Assembly (NCBI GenBank): GCA_001599295.1
Contig: BCGN01000006.1
Span: forward strand, 496,001 to 560,000
DNA: 64,000 nucleotides
Source: Sporopachydermia quercuum
Lineage: Eukaryota
Direction: 5' to 3'
A program made the position numbers and the translations under genes. Of this stretch, positions 63,627 through 64,000 are shown in pieces. Position 1 is the first letter of the stretch, and every line of letters begins with the position of its first letter. The notes beneath the pieces were generated by a model. The model worked only from the letters and a program-made list of their open reading frames with translations, did no database searches and was not told the origin of the DNA.

Positions 63627-64000
63627 TGTATTAAACTGGTGGTATCAACTATCTGTTCTCTTTTTCCCCACTTTACAATTCAATTATTTTCTTTCTACTT
63701 TTTGTTTTTCTTCTTTTACTTTCAATTGCTGTACTGCCGTTAGTTTTTGCTATTACTTTACATTCCCTTGTTACCCAATAACCATATACGAAATAACACA
63801 ACACTGCTGAAATATTCGATCCTCCGCTTTATATCTTCTTTTAAAATCTTCAATATGTATAATATCTATCCAATCGTCATTGATTGTAGATATATTCTAT
63901 ATTACCAATACCCAGTGGCCAGAGCTTATGCAGTCTCCATGTAGTTATGAAATAGTGATAGTATGACAACAACAATAGAATTCGCATNACAGCCAAGTCA

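Overview
Eukaryotic DNA from an AT-rich, intron-rich budding yeast (Saccharomycotina, probably an early-diverging lineage). It uses the standard code: CTG falls at conserved Leu positions in Arl3 and the Kin4 kinase. Scattered single Ns suggest a collapsed heterozygous diploid assembly. About 17 protein genes: MET10, VID28/GID5, COS111-type F-box, MPDU1-type PQ-loop, ARL3 (six exons, absent from the ORF track), eIF3L, RPA34, TFA2, an orphan possibly mitochondrial protein, ADH, THI4, a DUF2011-type protein, COG5, MET17, an Ada-type Zn/AraC-HTH regulator, a KIN4/FRK1 kinase and KES1/OSH4. Two RNA genes were read directly from the sequence: an intron-containing U3 snoRNA and an snR42-like H/ACA guide hairpin. 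The most interesting leads are (i) an Ada-like protein that keeps all four Zn cysteines and the HTH but lacks the O6-methyltransferase domain and several basic DNA-contact residues, lying between 7.5-kb and 9-kb gene deserts, and (ii) a heavily decayed, tentatively Crypton/Ndc10-like tyrosine-recombinase relic in the convergent desert after MET17. I cannot show a clearly new biological system. All family calls come from recalled motifs, not database searches.
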